From assembly GCA_040954595.2 (NCBI GenBank), contig CM082598.2, forward strand, positions 372,001-436,000: a DNA stretch of 64,000 bases, written 5' to 3'. The stretch comes from Balanoglossus misakiensis (lineage: Eukaryota; Animalia; Hemichordata). The notes beneath the pieces were generated by a model, which worked only from the letters and a program-made list of their open reading frames with translations, did no database searches and was not told where the DNA came from. How positions within the stretch are numbered: the first letter of the stretch is position 1; each line of letters starts with the position of its first letter. Shown here one piece after another: positions 48,701 through 58,786 of this stretch. Made by a program: the position numbers and the translations under genes.

Positions 48701-50891
48701 GAATTCACAAAGTTTACTATAGTTTCCTCACCAGTTGAGAACTCAGTATTGGGCGGATTGGTTGGTTGTAAGTATGCAGATTCCTCATAAACTGGTTGCT
48801 GTTGGTTACCGGCGAGAAAACGTCCATGATCGAGTTGTTCACCACCACCCAGGTAGCTGTGTAGCGCCGCCACCAACGACTCCAATGAGTCATCTTCTGT
48901 CTCTTCAGTTTCCGCTGGACCACTTGATTCAGGAATGTCTTGACTCACCTGAGGTCGTTGGAATATGTTCCCAGGGACACCTATTTCAGAAGACATGCCA
49001 CCTTCAACAGTTTGCGTTTCTTCAAGTCTTTCACGCGGTCCATTTCTGCTCGGTTGATCAGAATACTGTCCATGAAGTAATCGGCCAACCACATCGATTA
49101 ATTCACTTTCATCAGAAACTTCCTCCGGTAGATTTGGAGTATCATAGTAGCTTGTGACGGGATTAGCCTCTTGTGGTTCTTGTGGTTGATACAAAGATGG
49201 CGCGATTGTGTTGCCTTCCGTTAAATGTCGGTGTCTGAGAAACTGATCCAAAACTTCACCCATGTTTTCATCATAGTACGCATTCCTGTCCAGGTGTTTT
49301 GCAAGATGGCGGAATTCTTCACGCGTACGCTGATGTGGATTTGGCGGTAACTGACGAGATTCATCATCACCTGTTGAAACCATTGGTTGATCTTCTTCTT
49401 CTCTCTCTGTGAGGACGTCTTCAAGAAGAATCTGCAGAGCTTCTTTGAAATCTCTGTCCGTGAGACCCTCCACGCCAACTGCAGCTTCAGGCGATTGTGA
49501 GACTTGGTTGGTGCTCGGATTGGTGTTGACCCCACCACTCGCTTCATCCACACTATCAGGTTCACGATTAGATACAAACCCCTTTTCAGCTACTTCACGC
49601 AGGAGTAACAATAACAAACTCGATTCCAATTCTTCCTCTTCAGTTGGACCAGAAACCTGACTTGGTTTTGCTTTGACATCAGGTGATATGTTAGCCTTGT
49701 GGTGCCTTGCTTTGGGGTGCTTAACGCGATTGGTTGAAGTATCGTTCCCAGGTGTTTCGACAGTGGCGGTATTTCTTTGCGTCGGTGTGATAGTTTGGAC
49801 TAGTGGTCTTTTTGTGATGAGAGGGGTTGGCGATTTCGTGGGTTTACTCTTTCCTGCAAGTGTGACAAAATAAATGCCACAGTTGTTTAGGTATATTTTT
49901 CGGTGCAGTTGATTTTTCCTGCGTCACAACAAGCAAAAATAAAAACATTTGTGTGATTTCGGTAACCCGGCCAATCGGACAACCTGATCGACGTGACTAA
50001 GAATATACTATTACCTTCAACAACTTCCAAAATCATGTCTTCTGCTTCATGCTCCATTGCTCCTCGAAAACCGACGGCCACTCTAAAATGGTATCGTTTA
50101 AGTCCAGGAATAATGTTCACTGGTGCGTCGCATGCTTGGAAGTTTCTGTTAAATATTTTCAAATGTAAACTTTTCTTAGAATATGAATGACGGTGTAAAT
50201 GGTTTTATTCACAGGCAAAGTAAAACTTTCAGTAATAGGCTTGTTTGCAATCATTGCATTACAATTACATGTACTTGGAAAAACTTCAATTTGCTACCTC
50301 GTTTCAAGACATTCATTAGTTCTAGGTTAAGTTGTGCTGTCTAATTATAAGTTTCGATAAAGTCCACTTTACCGGCAATCGTTGATAGAAATGAGCGTCT
50401 CCGCTTCGTCACTTCCGGTTATGTGATACCAGTTGATGTCAACTCCACGATGAACTTGATCGCCTGGGTCAACTTGAACTTCAAAAAGGTAGCCGGTGGT
50501 GGTCGCCGTGATGTTGCCATGACCACCGCGAGGACGGTCAACTTTAATGCATGGTGCGATATCTTGTGGAGATTTCTCTGGAAAAGAAAGTGACGTCATA
50601 ATACTTGCTGTTTCCGATCTGTTAACTCTATCATTATTCTACCAGACTTTCATAAAATGTTTACCACTTGGTTTGTTAAAGGTAATCCAGTCATCTCTAT
50701 AGTTTTGGAAAAACGGTTGATAAACCACAAGTTTACGCTTGGCATGTAAGCTTATCTGGGACAATTTAACACAACTCACCTTTATTTTTGCCACGATAGC
50801 AATGCCAGCCCTCGCTCACATCGATGCTCGCGACAAGATCACCTGTCAAACACAGGCATAAAAGCCAAAATAAAGAAATTATCCGTGACAT
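34293..50891 (-). CDS. Giant type-I membrane protein (~3727 aa): signal peptide, beta-rich N-domain, ~2400-aa disordered stalk, 10x TSP1, Ig, EGF, TM, Tyr-motif cytoplasmic tail
   Basis: 19 GT-AG exons with consistent phases, total 11184 nt (divisible by 3): 50891-50780 ([17 protein letters not shown] signal peptide), 50577-50373, 50145-50015, 49853-42630; TSP1 exons 42466-42272, 42057-41893, 41736-41530, 41291-41121, 40196-39984, 39734-39522, 39393-39202, 38823-38668, 38487-38323, 37897-37691 (WxxWxxW..CSxTCG..RxRxC-type); Ig 37281-37134 + 36934-36816 (LEC..IYW..DGTYHC); EGF 36560-36435; TM 36046-35932 ([25 protein letters not shown]); last exon 35412-34293. AATAAA on - strand at 34129-34124. 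Confidence 0.88.
36228..36394. mobile_element. Related Tc1/mariner-type MITE (divergent subfamily)
   Basis: CAGTGAAAAACTGTC...GACAGCTTTCACTG|TA termini with internal GACACCTCTCTA repeats. Same size and layout as 238-403. Confidence 0.65.
36727..36794. repeat. (GGT)n(GAT)n microsatellite, intronic
   Basis: Directly visible. Confidence 0.95.
38943..39166. repeat. AT-rich 54-bp tandem repeat, ~3.5 units, intronic
   Basis: TTTTCAAAGTCGAAAAATTGGCATATTTCATCAAAAATGAAGAATTTTTGAAAA units start at 38943, 38997 (with an insertion), 39085 and 39139. Confidence 0.8.
41376..41455. mobile_element. 80-bp hairpin MITE with perfect 33-bp inverted arms and 9-bp TSD
   Basis: Arms 41376-41408 and 41423-41455 are exact reverse complements. 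CCTATCTGA is directly repeated at 41367-41375 and 41456-41464. Confidence 0.88.
42062..42153. repeat. (GA)n/(GACA)n purine-rich microsatellite, intronic
   Basis: Directly visible; forms the polypyrimidine tract of a - strand acceptor. Confidence 0.85.
42630..49853 (-). CDS. 7224-nt single coding exon (exon 4) of the giant receptor; E/T/S/P-rich low-complexity stalk
   Basis: Uninterrupted frame containing most of the 2399-aa ORF of the track. CAG acceptor at 49856-49854 and GTAAAG donor at 42629, both phase 1. Confidence 0.9.
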
Positions 50892-51422
50892 CTTTGGAGT
50901 TGCTTGTCGTGCATTCCCATCTTGACAACTTTATTTACAAATTTGCCGATATCAGACATTCTATGAGTTCGAAAAACGGCATACGAGAAAGCGCGCTTCC
51001 ATCCGCTCGTTCTCGAATCGATTTTAAAACGCGCGCCACGCACCCTCCCAAGTTTATGTTCTGACCAATCGCCAAGCAGCGCTTCATGTACGAGCGAGAC
51101 GTTCTACACGAAATAGTCCAAGCATGCAGAGCACAGTCTATATACAATAAATCGTAAATCTTAGCCAGGCACTGACTTATAACTTTTAACCCGGAATGTC
51201 TTATCGTTCACCTTAACAGGTCAACGAACTTTACCCTGGTTATAAAGCATTAACACGGTACACTGTATCACCTGATGTTGACGGAAGAACATACCAAAGT
51301 CTACGTAGATAGTCCATGCTAGGGTCGATCACACACACCCCTTTGATGAAAGAGGTATTTATAAGTGTCAGTGCACCATCCATAAACAACAAGGGTCCAT
51401 TGCAACACTACCAGTGCACGAA
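50892..51422. promoter_or_regulatory. Probable bidirectional promoter (giant receptor / TMEM135-like)
   Basis: Divergent ATGs only ~530 bp apart. CpG-richer than the surroundings, with a CCAAT box at 51065-51069. Confidence 0.6.
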
Positions 51423-52156
51423 ATGGCACCCAACTCCAGCAAACCGCAGTCGAAAGAAGTGCCAAGCAAATTGTCTTTGGAATATTACTTACACAGTGCA
51501 CGCAGACGGTTTATGAAAGGTGCCTCGACCGGGTTTATTGTCTACACAGCAGTCACAGTTTTGAGAGCAATCATTCAGAAAAGACTTCTACAAAAGTAAG
51601 TGCCTGGATATATATTTCAGGCCAAGGAGTAGTGAATGTCTGATTGCCTAGGCAACCATGAAAAGGTGCGCTCTTCATGTGGCAATCAGCATGTGTGGTA
51701 ATCATAGATTATGACGTACTGTCGCGTTGACAATTGCAATGTCCACTCAGGGAAATCAAACTGTGCATGAACATGTATTATCACAGCACAGAATCAAGCG
51801 ATATGAACAAAGTACAATTGTACTGTGGACAACACTTCACGTTGAATATTGCTTGGTACGGGTGCCCTCATACGGAGGTGTGCGGCCAAAGTTCAAAGCA
51901 TGTATACTGCAATAACTGATACTTAGGGATATCTCTCCCCTTGCTTTCGCTTGAAGGTGATGGAGAACGACCTGATTAAATTTGTGTTTTACGTTCTCTT
52001 ACAGTCCGGGGCAAGTTCTCAGGGATGTTTTCAGTGTGGATAATCTGCGATTCATACTTTTCCTTGGATCGTTCCCAGCTGTCTATAAATTGGCTCTGTA
52101 TTGTGTGCATAATGTCAGGCGAGAAACGGTAAGTGGAAGTAAACGCACCATATAAG

Positions 52157-52211
<55 letters not shown>

Positions 52212-52236
52212 CCACCACCACCACCACCACCACCAT

Positions 52237-52272
<36 letters not shown>

Positions 52273-53512
52273 TGAAAATTGTATGAAGTTGGAACCTTCA
52301 GTTGAAGTTTCACAATGTTTTCTTGATTTCACAGACTGGTGTAAATTACGTCATCGCTTCTGCTATTGCTTCTCTGACTTGTCTCATAGACAAGGCCGAT
52401 CGCAGAAACATGATAGCAGTCTTCCTTTCGTCCAGAGCCATTGGTGCTCTCTACAACGCGCTGGTAAAACGGAAGAAAATCCCACCAATCAAATACGACG
52501 TTCCAATTGCCTTTGGTGCAGCTACAAGTATGATCATTTATGGGCTAACCTTGAACCCGAAGATTTTAAGCGATGGGTACTACAACACAGCTCTAGCATG
52601 GTCACGTGATTATAGTGAAGATATCCTGGAGAAAGTGTTCAGACAACCAGGCATTGCGCATGTTCCATGTGATCCCTGGATACACGAAGGAAGCTCTTGT
52701 CTTGGTCACGGTTTCAAGGAACTCTTGGCGAGTTGGTTACCGTTTTCAAAAGTGTATTTGCCGTTTCATCTGATCCCGTTTCTGCTTTTCAGTAGGAAGG
52801 CACTTGTTGCAAGGTAATTTTCTAAATGGTGTCACTCACATTTTCAATTTTTGAACACATATGATCAGACTAAAGATTTGAACTGGAAAATCCTAGAAAT
52901 CGAAGAGACGAGACTGGTCTGGTATTTGGAATGATAAAAGTTCTTTTTGTCCTGTACTTTTTGTCTATCCATTCGCCTTTGTGTCTTAAAGTTTCCTTTT
53001 TTACTTTCTCTCCCTCCTTGCATAATCTCCCCCTCCTCTTCACCTACAGGCCAGTAGAAGAACTCACTTCACTCTTGATAAAGGTGTGTCGCTCGGCCAC
53101 GTTCCTTTGCGTGATGTGCACAGTCAGCAAGACGCTTATCTGTCTTCTGCGCAACTACGTCGATCCTCGCCCACCTCCGCTTCCAGCCTACATCCCACTC
53201 GCATCCGGGTTCATTGGTTCTTTTTTGGGAATCCTGTTCGAGCCTGCAAATCGACAGAGTGAGATGGCGTTGTATTTCTCACCAACTGCCCTCAACGCGG
53301 TCTATCTGCTCGGACACGACCAGGGTTTCATTCCAACTGTGCCTTTCGGTTCCACATTGTTGTTCGTGACAGTAATGTCTGTCATAATGCATTCCTACGA
53401 GCGAGACACTGACTCATTATCACCCTTAATACAACAAATAGTTAAAGCGTTTTTTGGAAAACCAGAAAATACAAAAACAGTCCCAAATGAAGAAATTACC
53501 AACACACAGTAA
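51423..53512 (+). CDS. TMEM135: TMEM135-like multi-pass membrane protein, 4 exons, ~412 aa
   Basis: Exons 51423-51595, 52005-52128, 52335-52813, 53050-53512 join in frame (1239 nt). Motifs CDPWIHEGSSC..FSKVYLPFHLIP, RSATFL and GILFEPANRQSEMALY match the TMEM135-family pattern. AATAAA at 53841. Start codon is the first in-frame ATG; 1:1 orthology to vertebrate TMEM135 is unverified. Confidence 0.8.
52158..52272. repeat. Compound (CAT)n(CAC)n(CAT)n microsatellite in TMEM135 intron 2
   Basis: Directly visible triplet runs. Confidence 0.95.
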
Positions 53513-54029
53513 AGTTCAGAAGTGAATAACTAATAGATGTTTTTTTGCTCACAGGGAGATCTTACCAGACTAGACGTGGTTAATCAATGTAACAACTGGT
53601 TGCTACAGCCTTACAACTTATACAATTAATTCAAGCTTTAAATGAAACTAGAACAGATCAGCTGCTTTTTTCCACAGCTACAGTCCTTGGAGACATTTGT
53701 GAGTGAAATGTCTAATATGAAATATTTTGCCAGCTTCGAAATAAGGTTACATTGAGGGATGATTACCCACGGGTAATCGCATGCAGACTCAGACATAGTC
53801 TAGGAGTAGTATAGGTGATTCATTGCGTCATTTTTTTCCAAATAAACTTTTACCCGATGGCAGAGAAATTAAAGTTGAGGTATCGCTTCGCACTTAACGG
53901 ACCGATCGACACAGAAGAGTTCGAACTTTATATCACCTGGTAAATATAGCTGCAGATTACTACTTATACTGAATGATCCGTACAATGTACTAGTGGCCTA
54001 TTTTGTATGAACTGCCCCTGGATTGCTCA

Positions 54030-54360
54030 ACTCCAGGCCAATCATCATAGTCGGACACTCTTGTTTACATCTGCTTGCTGCATATATCTTGGCCCATCAA
54101 AAGACAAAACAAGACAGCACAACACAACACTACACGACTCAAGACAACTAAATACGCGCTTGATACACTTTGCGGTGTGGTGAGATGACTACTGCGCTCG
54201 TGCGCCGCGCCGGTCAGCAGTGGAGCTTGTTGGTTGCTAGGCAACATCGCGGGCGCGCCCTTGAGGACGGCGTGTCGTTCAGTCCTCAACGAACCGTCAT
54301 AACAACATACATACCCGTAATTATGGAGGTTGTTTCCCGTAAATCTTAACAGTACGTAAG
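54030..54360 (+). promoter_or_regulatory. CpG-rich promoter-like region with RFX X-box and a probable non-coding first exon
   Basis: CCAAT 54038-54042, GC/CpG-rich 54194-54290, GTTGCTAGGCAAC at 54233-54245, strong donor AAG|GTGAGC at 54360/54361. The only ATG before the donor (54323) opens an 8-codon ORF. Confidence 0.5.
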
Positions 54361-54883
54361 GTGAGCTTTTGCCTATCTGTCCTAGCAGTTTTTGAAGCTG
54401 GGTTGTAAGCGTCTAAGAGTTACAAAGACTAAATTTTGCTGCGAGTTCGTGTATCATGGTGTTCCCAACAGACAGGGAAGATGGAGGGCAACGAACTCGC
54501 AGCAAGACTGAAGTCTGACCCAAAAACCACTCATTGACTTCAATTTACTGACTGAAACGAGTAGAATTCGCTGTATGGGGGATTTTAGAAAGATTTTCGA
54601 ACGCCCACTCACCGTGAAATCCAATTTTCTGATGATAACGAGCATTTTCAGACATTTTGGACATTTTCCCATAAGGTTTTTCCTCATTTGCATACAGTCC
54701 CTGGTTAGTTACAGTGGCCAAAGGTTAGACTTAGACAAACCTAGCTGGACAAACCAGTTCTTTTGGAACAGACAGTTCATTTTCTGAACATAAATTTATG
54801 ATTTGTTCATCCTACTCGCTTCTGTAAATTTTCCCTTTGACCATACGAATGAAAATTGATAGTCTTGTTGTTCATTTTCTCAG

Positions 54884-55462
54884 ATATAGATGAATGTGAA
54901 TCAAATCCCTGTCACAGCAACTCTATTTGCATTGATGATGTCAATTCCTACATATGTGAATGCAGTTCAGGATATGGAGGAGTCAACTGTGAAAGTGGTA
55001 AGTACTGTAAAAAAAGCATTCTTGTTTCACAGGGTTTTATGAAAACCTATAGTCATTTGATCATATTCTTTACTATCAATCACGTGATCTGGTCATGTGA
55101 CCCACGGCGTTGTTTTTCTGAGTATGTTTTTACTTAAGAACCGCCAAACAGGTAACATGTATCAGGTATGGTGCCTTATCAGCATCTTGGCATTTTGTCT
55201 GCACTTGCTTTGTCTGGACCACGTTGTTTAATTTGCCCGTCATCTGGAAATTTGAATGCGAACGTAACTGCCACCTGAGCGCGTCTGACGTCATTTGATA
55301 TCGAAGAATAAAGTACACAAAGTGATGTTTTGTCTTTAATCTCCACAGATGTAGATGAGTGTGTTTCAAATCCTTGTGAACACAACTCAACTTGCCAGGA
55401 TAACATCAATGCATATACGTGTGAGTGTCTCCCTGGATACGAAGGTTCCAACTGTGAAAATG
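54884..55462 (+). pseudogene. Two 114-nt phase-1 calcium-binding EGF exons (fibropellin/Notch-type) with no evident signal-peptide exon
   Basis: 54884-54997 DIDECESNPCHSNSICIDDVNSYICECSSGYGGVNCES and 55349-55462 [38 protein letters not shown], both with canonical AG/GT sites. Coding status is unclear. Confidence 0.6.
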
Positions 55463-55496
55463 GTGAGTGAACCATATAGGCTTTCTGTAAATTGTA

Positions 55497-55637
55497 GACT
55501 GTCGACAGTCCCTCGTGCCTAATGTGTATCGATTCGGCGTTTCGTGCGAGGGTGGTAAGGCCCGTATCTCTTGAGGGCCGAAGGCCCGATTCGGCGTTTT
55601 GTGGTGCAAGGGCCGTAAGGCCCGAGGGACTGTTCTA
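55497..55637. mobile_element. Small structured element with inverted ends and GC hairpins
   Basis: ACAGTCCCTCG (55505-55515) / CGAGGGACTGT (55623-55633); internal GGGCCGAAGGCCC and GGGCCGTAAGGCCC hairpins; duplicated CGATTCGGCGTTT; ends in CTAG. Confidence 0.55.
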
Positions 55638-57139
55638 GCTTGTTACACCCTCACACGGCATTGTGGGGAAATTCACCTGTAACGCAACTGGCTTTAGTTT
55701 GGGACATGTAAACATGTGACAGAAAGAAAGGCTTCTGGGCTTCCGAACACAAGATTAAAGCTCCCCTTCACCAGATTTGCTTGAACTTGATGATCGGACG
55801 AGCAAAGGAGGGATGAACTTTCTTTATTCAATCTTTATAAAGTGCGCTGTATGCCATGGTTACACATTATTGGCATTTTTATATTTAAAGCTCAAATCCC
55901 GAATTATCGTGAATGCATAGTTCAGACAGTTTTTTTTAATCTTGTAAAATGAGGCCAATTAATACTTCCGGGAATGTGTTGGTTTGGGATTATCAGTTAC
56001 TTTGAGTTGATTGTGATGGTTGAAATGGTTCACATTTGTGTCCCAATAACAGCCATGGACTAGCTTCTTCACACCAACAATTGATCAATAATGGCTGTCC
56101 AGTTTTCCAGAGTCCATGATGTATCGAAGTCTAAATGTACCACATGATTGAGAAAAATCGTTGGCGAGGAGTAAACACCAGCTGAAAAACAACAACAACA
56201 TAAACAACATTGTTGTGGGCTGGGTCTTTAACTTTTCAAAAAGCCTGTATATGCACTAACTAATGTGTACCATACATAATGTGTTGACTGACTCATTTTA
56301 ACATGTTTAGAAAGTTGTCAATGAGACCAAAATAGTGAAATAATCATCAGATTCTACCGTACAGTTAGTATCCCTGTAACCCTTTCACCCCCAGTTCTCT
56401 CTATGGTGGTCCAAATTAGAAAGAAAGAAATGTGATTTGATTATCCCAAAGAAAACATACCAGTAATACCAACTTTCCATTCAACTCTGGTGAGATAATC
56501 AGTCTGTGGTTTATCGTATTCATCTAGAAAGACTTGGCGATTCAGTCCCACGTCCTCTGCCAGATCTGCCAGAATGCTGAGATATAACGACATTGATATT
56601 GGTCAGTAATAAAAGCATTTACACCCAGCACATAAACTGGAAAACTGTCTGCATTCATCTTTTGTCATAGGATTACAATGTGAATAGCTAGAAAACTCAC
56701 TTCTACTTGTTAGTTTTATGAAATTTACACATAGCTCAGTCAAACAAAAATAAATTCATCGGTCAAATATCGCTGCGTTGATGATTACATTTTCTCTAAA
56801 ATTCATGTTGTAACTAATCATTGTATTTCTTTTGTTAGGTGAAGCAGGACAGACATTCTTTGTCATGATTTGCTAGATTTACATGATAGGAAAATAAAAT
56901 AATTATTTCCCTAGGGAAATAGTCCATCAAAAATTATCTGGTCACATGACTATTGTGAGTTCATTTCATGACATATTGCCTGGATAAATTATTTTCGAAC
57001 TGACGTTGCACCCCAATACCCCTAGTGACTGTGAGGTTGCCAGAATCACATGCTATTTCTGGTAAGTCACAGTCCCTCAGGGGAAATAGATGGGTACTAT
57101 AGCCCTCGTGGCCAGGCAATATGTGTTCAATATTTGATA

Positions 57140-57203
57140 AGACAGAGAGAGAGCAAGAGAGAGAGAGAGAGAGAGCGCAAGAGAGAGAGACAGACAGACA
57201 GAT
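57140..57203. repeat. (GA)n/(GACA)n microsatellite
   Basis: Directly visible. Confidence 0.85.
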
Positions 57204-57480
57204 AAAAAGGATTTTGATTGGCTTACTTCAGCAACTCAGAATCACTAACAGTATCTGGTGATTTGCCGATCTTGTGCTGGTTGGCAAATACAAGATCTAT
57301 ATATGGTATAGTCAGTGTAGAATCTAATTGGTCAACAGCCCTGGTTGCCTGGAAAAGAATGTAATTACATACAATGTAATCTGTTTTTCAGTACATTAAT
57401 TCCCACAGTATATTCTTACAATGAAATTATTCTATTGTGTTTTTTTTACTGAGTGAGTGTGAATAACACTCCCAAGAACC

Positions 57481-57580
57481 TGGGATCGTATTTCTCAAAC
57501 GAGTTGGGGATTTTCTGTCCCACACGAGCCGCAGGTGAGTGTGAGATAGAATATCCCCAACTCGTGTGAGACATGATCCC
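57481..57580. repeat. ~100-bp imperfect palindrome (MITE-like)
   Basis: TGGGATC..TCTCAAACGAGTTGGGGATTTTCT pairs with AGAATATCCCCAACTCGTGTGAGA..GATCCCA around a GAGCCGCAGG centre. Confidence 0.6.
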
Positions 57581-57583
57581 AAT

Positions 57584-57750
57584 GTTTTCATTTTGACGAG
57601 ATTTTGCTCTCATATCTTACAAACAGGATGGAAGTTGTGTGTGGTTGAACGTTGATTCACTATATATTCACATGTAGAATAACATAAGCGGTGTCTTGTC
57701 TCAAACATAATTAATGGAAAAGGGCAGCGAGAGAGAGAGACTTTGTCCCT
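57584..57750. mobile_element. Right half of the Kolobok-like MITE
   Basis: ...ACAAACAGGATGGAAGTTGTGTGTGG..GGGCAGCGAGAGAGAGAGACTTTGTCCCT matches the right arm of 11007-11350. Confidence 0.75.
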
Positions 57751-58504
57751 TTATTTACGTGAGGTGACTGCTATATAAGGGTGGCCACTAACAGGGGTTT
57801 GACTGACTGTACCGGTATATCATGCAGTTCAATAAAGTGACAATAGTATTTCTATATCCGTTACTCTTTCAGAGAAATCAATGCTGAGAAAAACTATGTA
57901 GTGCCATCGACCACCACGAAGTTGCACATCCTTTATATGTTGCTGTGTCTTGTACGTGCCTGAAGTGAAGAGGATGGATTAAAGATATGAGGTGAGGTTA
58001 ATTAATTATGCATATCTCATTATAGCTAATATTGTCAGTGAGGTGTCTTGAAGTGCACTATCGCCCAGTCCATATGGTTGCATGGTTAGGTCGTCTTGGT
58101 GACAGTCTCCCTAGCAACCTGTGTGCATCTTCAACCACTATATCCGTTCATTTGTTCCTGCTTCAGTGTAAATCTCAAAATCCTCACGACCAATCACACT
58201 CAGGGAGGGAGTGTATAAACTTATCATCTTGGTAAAATCTATCTGGTGCCTGTTAATTTAGCTGTAGATTGTGTATACTGCTTGATCAGTTGAGAGTGTT
58301 CAACAGACAAGCAATTTTCACTCAAACCTTTCAACACATGAATATTGAAAGATATTTTTGGAGATAAACTGACAGAAATTAATGGCTAGGAAACAGAAAC
58401 ACCAGCAGTTTACAAACCAACATGCAAATCAAGAATTGTTAATGGATTAATTCCAGCAAAGTACTACAGTGACTATCCTGACAGATTGTGATAAATGTAC
58501 CTAC

Positions 58505-58786
58505 CTGTGCTGACAAAAAGGCCCCTCGTTTATAAGGCAAGGGGAATCCGTTAAAAATGATACGAACTTGATCTGGTCCATAGTGGTCACCAACTTCCTT
58601 TAAGACAGGATAAGATGCATTAGCATCCGGGCATTGTAGATCCTGCCAGACATTCATTTTCACGGGAGCGTTGTTGCTACCATTAATGTACGGGTAACCG
58701 AACGTTTCCTTCGGTATCAGGATTTGATAAAAGCTTGCTGTGGCAAAAGCACAGAGAGAGACTGCAAACACAAGATACTTTAACAT
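58505..58786 (-). pseudogene. Exon 1 only of a paralogous secreted DsbA/thioredoxin-fold gene
   Basis: Same length (282 nt) and phase-0 donor as exon 1 of the 61696 gene, with clear similarity (SFYQI..P....GY.Y..GS.NAP.K..LQCPDA..SYP..K.V.DHYGP..FPLPY). I found no homologue of exons 2-3 downstream on the - strand. Confidence 0.65.

Noticed and set aside
42430-49629. 2399-aa ORF as a stand-alone intronless gene
   Set aside because: It starts at TTG inside a longer open frame and has in-phase splice sites at both ends linking it to signal-peptide and TSP1 exons. Its last ~65 codons are read-through into an intron and out of frame into the next exon.
42641-49873. Numerous + strand ORFs over the giant exon
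   Set aside because: Antisense shadows of a long coding exon.
51976-52609. Poly-Met/Val and poly-Ile/Thr ORFs
   Set aside because: Translations of the intronic (CAT)n(CAC)n microsatellite.
57873-57991. Exon-like segment with AG/GT boundaries
   Set aside because: All three frames contain stops and no protein family was recognised; at most a non-coding exon.
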